Source: Octopus sinensis (Eukaryota). Taken from it: a DNA stretch of 43,132 nt. A model generated the notes under the pieces. The model saw only the letters and a program-made list of their open reading frames with translations, had not been told where the DNA came from and did not search any database. The stretch is from positions 1 to 43,132 of the forward strand of contig NW_021835075.1 in NCBI RefSeq assembly GCF_006345805.1, read 5' to 3'. The first letter of the stretch is position 1, and every line of letters begins with the position of its first letter. Positions 36,955-43,132 of this stretch are shown here, in pieces. The position numbers and the translations under genes are program-made.

Positions 36955-37317
36955 ATATGGAGATGTACTTGCATAGCAAGGGACCTGATCTGAGACCGTG
37001 TGCTGGAACGAAAACAATTGCAGCGTGGAAGGTGTTTATAAGCCATTTAAGAAACACACAAAAACTGTTAGATTCACTTCAACATTTAAATTTAATTTAT
37101 CAAAATATTTTCGTCGCTTTGAAAACGCAACCTGTTCGTTCGAACAGTTCGAACTAACTGTTATCTTCTCAGGTGTAGCACGGAATTTTTCAATAAACAG
37201 GTTACGGTCTGAAAGCGACGAAAATATTTTGGCAAATGAAATTTATATGTCGAAGTGAATCAAACGGTTTTTGTGTGTTTCTTAAATGGCATATAACATC
37301 TTCCACTGCTGCAACTG
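36955..37317. mobile_element. Fold-back element with degenerate hammerhead-like motifs; PLE pseudo-LTR-like
   Basis: Inverted arms ~37015-37136 and ~37196-37317; the left arm has a ~60-nt extension also present at 35870-35910. Confidence 0.75.
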
Positions 37318-37399
37318 TAATATATATATACATATATATATATATATTATAATATATATATATATATATATATCTATATATATATATATATTATAGTGA

Positions 37400-37954
37400 T
37401 TATGTAATTTTTGGTAGTAATGACTTTGTCCTCCTCCTAGTGTGAGGCATTTATGTGTATAATGCCTCTATACAATATAGATATAATTAATTTGTTCAAA
37501 AGAAAAAAATTATTTTCGAATTCTTTTTCTTTTATGAGGTTTTTCACGCTAACTACCTGATAATTTCTTGTTAAGATTCCTTATTAAGAAGTTATCCTTA
37601 ATTGCTAAATTTATTCCGAAATACTTTTCTCATCCGACATGCAGTTCGAAAAAGCCCGCCATTTACCGGATATATGATTTATAAACATTCCATGTGCTTG
37701 GCCGGAGTGAATAGATGTCTGTTCGTCTTCGCTAGGTAAGGTTGGTGGTTTATTTATGATGTGTTCAGAATCAGTTCTGCTGAGGATCATAAAACGTAAG
37801 TTAAATGTGAAATCACGGTGATACAGAACTAAATTCATTTTTTAAATGTCTTGCTTTGAAGAGCTGCATTTAGGTATGATTAGTGTAATTTTGGTAGTAA
37901 TGACTTTGTCCCTCTTAGTGTGAGGCATTTATGTGTAATAATGCCCTCTATACA

Positions 37955-37959
<5 letters not shown>
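37400..37959. repeat. Pair of ~75-bp direct repeats (~37404-37478, ~37885-37959)
   Basis: gtaattttggtagtaatgactttgtcc...gaggcatttatgtgta.aatgcc.ctatacaatata occurs twice. Confidence 0.85.
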
Positions 37960-38006
<47 letters not shown>

Positions 38007-38671
38007 TATGTATGTATATATGTATGTATATGTATCTATGTATATATGTATGTATGTATGTATGGTATGTATGTATGTATATGTGTGTGTGTATGCATGT
38101 ATATATATATGTGTGTAGAATATATTTAAGGGATAGGGACAGAGAGAGAGAGAGAGGGATTGAGAGGGATTGGAGTTTGCATGCGCACACTCATAGCGAG
38201 GCAGTCATTGACATGATGTTATAAATTGTTTCGCCACCTCACTGTGGTCAGTCACACTTAGTTTTATTTGACCTTTTATACTATTTGACCATTTGCTTGC
38301 CAATAGAAGCTTTTCACAAAGTTTGTGGCTGCTTGCGGATGGCCAAAATCAAAAGCATTTGACTAACTGCTCCGACTACTTTTTTCCTTTATGAATCCGC
38401 TGATGTGGCTCGAAATTTGTGCAACTCGTTATGGCTTCAAAATTTAATTAATCATTAGCGACAAAAATAGTATTGATGCCAAAAGGTCATCTTATATTCG
38501 ACTAAACACCAATGCTTTGTTAGGACAGCGGATACTGCATCATTAACCTTGAGAAATCCTCTTCTATAGGCGCGTAGTGCATAAAAGTCCATGTAGATTG
38601 TGGCTGACGAAATTCGTTTCTCACGTCTAAATCGTATGATAGAAGCTTTAGTGAGTTCTATGTCTTTTGAC

Positions 38672-38931
38672 GTGGAGGCGCGTGGCTTAGTGGTTAAGGT
38701 ATCAGCACCATGATCGTAAGATTGTTGTTTCGATCCCCGGACCGGGCGACGCGTTGTGTTCTTCAGCAAAACACTTCATTTCATGTTGCTCCAGTCCACT
38801 CAGCTGGCAAAAATGAGTAACGCTGTGATGGACTGGCGTCCCGTCCAGCTGGGGAACACATACGCCATAGAAACCGGGAAACCGGGCCCATGAGCCTGGC
38901 TTTAAAATGGGCACATTTATCTATTTATTTT
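38672..38931 (+). mobile_element. tRNA-derived SINE, head B + tail X
   Basis: TSD tatgtcttttgac at 38659-38671 and 38932-38944. Confidence 0.9.
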
Positions 38932-39127
38932 TATGTCTTTTGACACCTGAGGGTCAAACAAGCAGTGGTTTTCATGGAAAAGAATAGCTCCTTTCGACTT
39001 ACCATCGTGTTCAAGTATCGTGGAAGGACGACATGGGTTCAGATCAGTCTCTATAAACTTTGCAGCTGATTTGAAATGTTGATACCAAGAACACCATTGC
39101 GTATGCCTCACAATCCACGCTATAGAA

Positions 39128-39457
39128 TCCTTTATTGGCCACGCAGGGCTAAACACAGAAGGGTCAAAATACAAAATAGAGCTTCACTGTTTGGGAAGAA
39201 GAGAAGGGGAAAAAAGAGGGGCGAATTCCGATCAAAAGGGATCGTGAAAAAAAGAAAAAGATAGGGGTGAATTCCGATCAAAAGGGATCGTGAAAAAAAG
39301 AAAAACAAAGGGGTGAATTCCGATCAAAAGGGATGGTGAAAAAAATAGGTGGGGGCCGATCCGATCAATAGGGATCGTGTATCACAGAGATGTCAATGTA
39401 AAAAGGGGAAACAGATTAGGTTTGTCCGTGGATAGAAAAGTCTACGGAAAAGACCAC
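39128..39457 (-). mobile_element. Retroelement 3' end containing four ~46-bp tandem units
   Basis: Units ggggYgaattccgatcaaaagggatcgtg(A)n start at ~39218, 39264, 39310 and 39351; the minus-strand end ctgtgtttagccctgcgtggccaataaaag resembles the family D tail. Confidence 0.65.
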
Positions 39458-40014
39458 AGAATTGCTGCAGTATTAGAAAGTGAGTGTAATGACTTTTTTT
39501 AAAATTTAAAACCGAATTCCATACAAATACACAGCTTTTGAAATCTTGCATTTTCGACTTAGACATATCCCTGAGTGCACGATATATTCTTTCAGTTTCG
39601 AACATTTATATCGATGGTTGATCGATGTCACGTGTTGTGACTAATAAAAGACTCGATTTCATGTTTACACGTAGTACTCCAGTCAAGAGTTTTACAGCCA
39701 AGAGACAGCTGCTTGTTGTGCTAGCGTTGAGAATATGAATTTAAATTGTCAAAAATAAACACCGGAAAACCGAAGCATTATTCCATTAGTTCACATTGTT
39801 CGACATCAAAGGGAGCAAACGAACGACAGCAAGTAAATGAGAAGGAACTGGCGAAATATATCAATTAAGACGGTAACTTATTGTTCAACGTATTCATTCA
39901 GGAAAATGTGTGAAAGTGGATAAGATCTTTTTCTATCTGAAAATCAGAGGGAGCTTTCTAAAGTCTTTCGAATTACATCGAATTGCTGATGTGTGACAGA
40001 ATATGATCTATAGA

Positions 40015-40421
40015 AGGCAGCGAGCTGGCAGAAACGTTAGCACGCCGGGCGAAATGCTTTGTGGTATTTCGTCCGCCGCTGCGTTCTGAGTTCAAATTCC
40101 GCCGAGGTCGACTTAGCCTTTCATCCTTTCGGGGTCGATAAATTAAGCGCCAGTTACGCACTGGGGTCGATATAATCGACTTAATACTTTCGTCTGTCCT
40201 TGTTTGTCCCCTCTGTGTGTAGCCCCTTGTGGGTAATAAAGAAATAGGCATTCCGTCTGTCTTTATGTTCTGAGTTCAAATTTTGCTGAGGTCGACTTTG
40301 CCTTTCATCTTTTCTGGGTCTATTAAATAAGTACCAGTTACGCACTGGGGTCGACTTAATACGTTTGTCTGCCCTTGTTTGTCCTCTCTGTGTGTAGCCC
40401 CTTGTGGGCAGCAAAGAAATA
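40015..40421 (+). mobile_element. SINE family D dimer
   Basis: TSD agaatatgatctataga at 39998-40014 and 40422-40438. Confidence 0.9.
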
Positions 40422-40988
40422 AGAATATGATCTATAGACAGGATTCGTATAAAAGAATCTATCTGGTCTTTAATAAAGAAAGGTGTTTGGCAGAGAGTGC
40501 GTAATAAGCCCCCACAACAGTTAGTAACACTAAATATGACTTTCAGGTATACGTGGATACTTTTCAGGGATGCTAGTTCGGAGGGCTAGCACTTAATGTC
40601 ACCTTTACACAAAAGTGTAGATATGTGAAAGTGTACCGTAACAATTGAAACTGGGATTGAGACTGCATGGAGATTCTGATAATCCTGAGTACCACAATCA
40701 CTGGGCAATCGTTAAGCTGCACTCAATTCAGGGACCAGGGAAGAGGTCAATGAATCATAATTTGGTGCAAGATGAAATGCGCAGCAGCTATATCTGTATA
40801 TGTTACTTTGGGGTTTTATGCTCAGAAGCGGAATTGAAAGAAAAAACCAGGAAGGGAAAAATCCAGAGCAGAAGAGAGCATCTTAAGCAATACCGGCAAC
40901 AATATTCTACCACTGACCATAGTTGCTGCTACCGCTGTTTCCTGGGTATTGTATCTTACACTGCCAAGCTTTGCTACAGCTGAAGCAG

Positions 40989-41370
40989 TGGAGGCGAAAT
41001 AGCCCAGTGATTAGGGCAGCGGACTCGCGGTCGGAGGAGGATCGCGGTTTCTATTCCCAGACCGGGCGTTGTGTGTGTTTATTGAGCGAAAACACCTAAA
41101 GCTCCATGAGGCTCCGGCAGGGGGTGGGGGGGGTGACCCCTGTTGTACTCTTTCGCTCCAACTTTCTCTCACCTTTTCTTCCTGTTTCTTGTCCCCGACT
41201 TCCTACGCAACCGGTGAGCCTGGATGCGCATTCATCCATCCGTCGATGCTCTCGGTGTCGGGGGTTGACCTGCTATCTCTTCTGCGGGTCTTACGAATAG
41301 CGAAGGACCACGTTTCGGACTTCTCCCAAGAGGACGAAGACCGCTTCGCTCAACAAACAAACAAACAAAC
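40989..41370 (+). mobile_element. tRNA-derived SINE, head A + tail Z
   Basis: Head A to ~41190, then a unique tail ending in (CAAA)n. Confidence 0.85.
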
Positions 41371-42469
41371 AGTGCAACACTATCGAATAGCAATGTTAGA
41401 AAAGAGAAACTTGAGAAGACTGCGGATATTTCGAGACATTTAGAAATAGGAGCGTCGAACAAGTGTAAACTCAGTCAAAAATTAAGAGGACACAAACGCT
41501 TCAACAAGTCCCAAAATCTACACTGTGTCAGCATTTACGATAACTCAGAAGAGCTCAAGATGACTCTGATTTATTGGTGACCCTAAAAGAACATCAGTCG
41601 TATTCTGTACTGTTTGAAGTTGAGATAGGGCCATGCGACCTAAGATGATAGATGGACGTTAAAATAAACTCTTCAAAGTGTACAAAATTCCTTCTGGAAG
41701 TCCATCTCCCTTTCTGGCATTCTGAGTTGAACTTACATCGAGGGTAACATTGTATTTATCTTTATTGAGGTCGATAAAATTTTGCCAAAGTTACAAACAC
41801 AGAAATTAGTTTGGCAGAACCGCTGAGGTATTTGCTCCAGAGATTTACATTTTCTGTTCAAAAGTCACCCAAGTCATGTTTAAATCTTATTCATTCATGG
41901 TCGATAAAATCAAAAATTATGTACCAGTGTTCTACTGGAATCTACTACATTATCTTGTCTACTTGATGATATACACAATATATGTTTTTTGCATCTGATT
42001 TAAGACAGTGTATATGCCCACCCTATGTATTGTTGTATACGACATATTTGTCTCTTGTATTTCGTTATATATGCAATATAGTTGCCTGTTGTAATTGATG
42101 TTAGATGTAATATGTGTGACTTCTGAATTTTTCAATTTGCGATAAGCAGAAAGACTAGCTTATATATCGGAGAGCTGCGTAAGAAGAAATATATGACCGA
42201 AGGGTAGATGGAAGAGAAAATTCAAATCTAGAATGCGATAAAACAATCGCAAAATTTGAGAAGGATGCAATAATGCACGCATATATATGCACAAGCAGAG
42301 AGGGAGAGAATGATAGAGAGAGAGAAAGAGAAAGAGAGAAAGAGAGAAAGAGAGAAATAGGGAGGGATGGAACAGGCAGGCAGGTAGACAGGCAAACAGA
42401 CAGACAGACAGAGCACTCACAAAAACCATATAAAATCACCGCTATACACATACGCACATTAGCATATAC

Positions 42470-42661
42470 GTTTATATGAATATAAATTTATGAATGTATT
42501 GGAATTTAAATATATTAAATATATGTATATATATGTATATATATATATATGTGTGTGTGTGTGTATAATATATATATTATATGCATATTCATATATGTAT
42601 ATATATATTATATGTGTATATATATATATATATATATTCACACACATACACAGACATAATT

Positions 42662-42707
<46 letters not shown>

Positions 42708-42895
42708 TATACATATATACGGGTATTCCTGTGTGTGTTCGCATGTGTATATGCTTACCTACGTATTACATCAGTATACATGCACTCGAATGCAGAAGCA
42801 CGAATTTATCAATTCATATAAACATATACATTCATGCATATGTATATATATATACATATATGTACACGCATCTATAAGCGTGTACAAACTACGTA

Positions 42896-42934
<39 letters not shown>

Positions 42935-42950
42935 TTACAAATATACATGC
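42470..42950. repeat. Degenerate (TA)n/(TG)n low-complexity region
   Basis: Directly visible. Confidence 0.9.
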
Positions 42951-43132
42951 ACATTGGTGCACATGCATATATCAATACACATGGTTCTACACAAACTCAA
43001 TCACACATAAATACGATATGCAGGAGCATCCATGGTGAGCAAACATGCACATGAAGTTAAATTCGCTATCAGTGATATTTCTTTGCTGCCGGCGTGACAA
43101 ATGATATGTGTATAATTATATTTCAAGGAATA

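Noticed and set aside
39218-39380. CRISPR-like appearance of short palindromic repeats
   Set aside because: The units are contiguous, with near-identical A-rich linkers rather than unique spacers; eukaryotic context; no cas genes.
40645-40983. 112-aa ORF as a gene
   Set aside because: No recognisable domain; more likely part of an old decayed retroelement interrupted by the 40989 SINE.
55-43038. Many 60-210 aa ORFs rich in YI, CV, HT, LSIY, poly-N or poly-I
   Set aside because: They are translations of microsatellites or SINEs with no recognisable domains; not host genes.

Overview
AT-rich, microsatellite-saturated eukaryotic non-coding DNA (intronic or intergenic). It is most likely from an octopus-type cephalopod; this is my inference from the repeat landscape and was not verified by search. 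I recognise no host protein-coding gene, and nearly all ORF-track entries are translations of microsatellites or repeats. The window is a mosaic of tRNA-derived SINEs (labelled here families A-D, several with clear target-site duplications, TSDs), decayed LINEs (RTE, CR1, R4/Dong), a mariner remnant, a MITE and a small Helitron. The most striking signal is about ten minimal type-I hammerhead ribozyme (HHR) motifs from about six unrelated short repeat families. They have palindromic stem III sequences and often sit in inverted fold-back arrangements typical of Penelope-like element (PLE) pseudo-LTRs. Two families carry the compensatory U3-A8 core variant. One element (29900-30406) joins a tRNA-like Pol III head, a microsatellite and a hammerhead inside a 12-bp TSD, making it a candidate Penelope-mobilised ribozyme SINE. 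Coordinates were counted by eye; the boundaries of degenerate elements are approximate.
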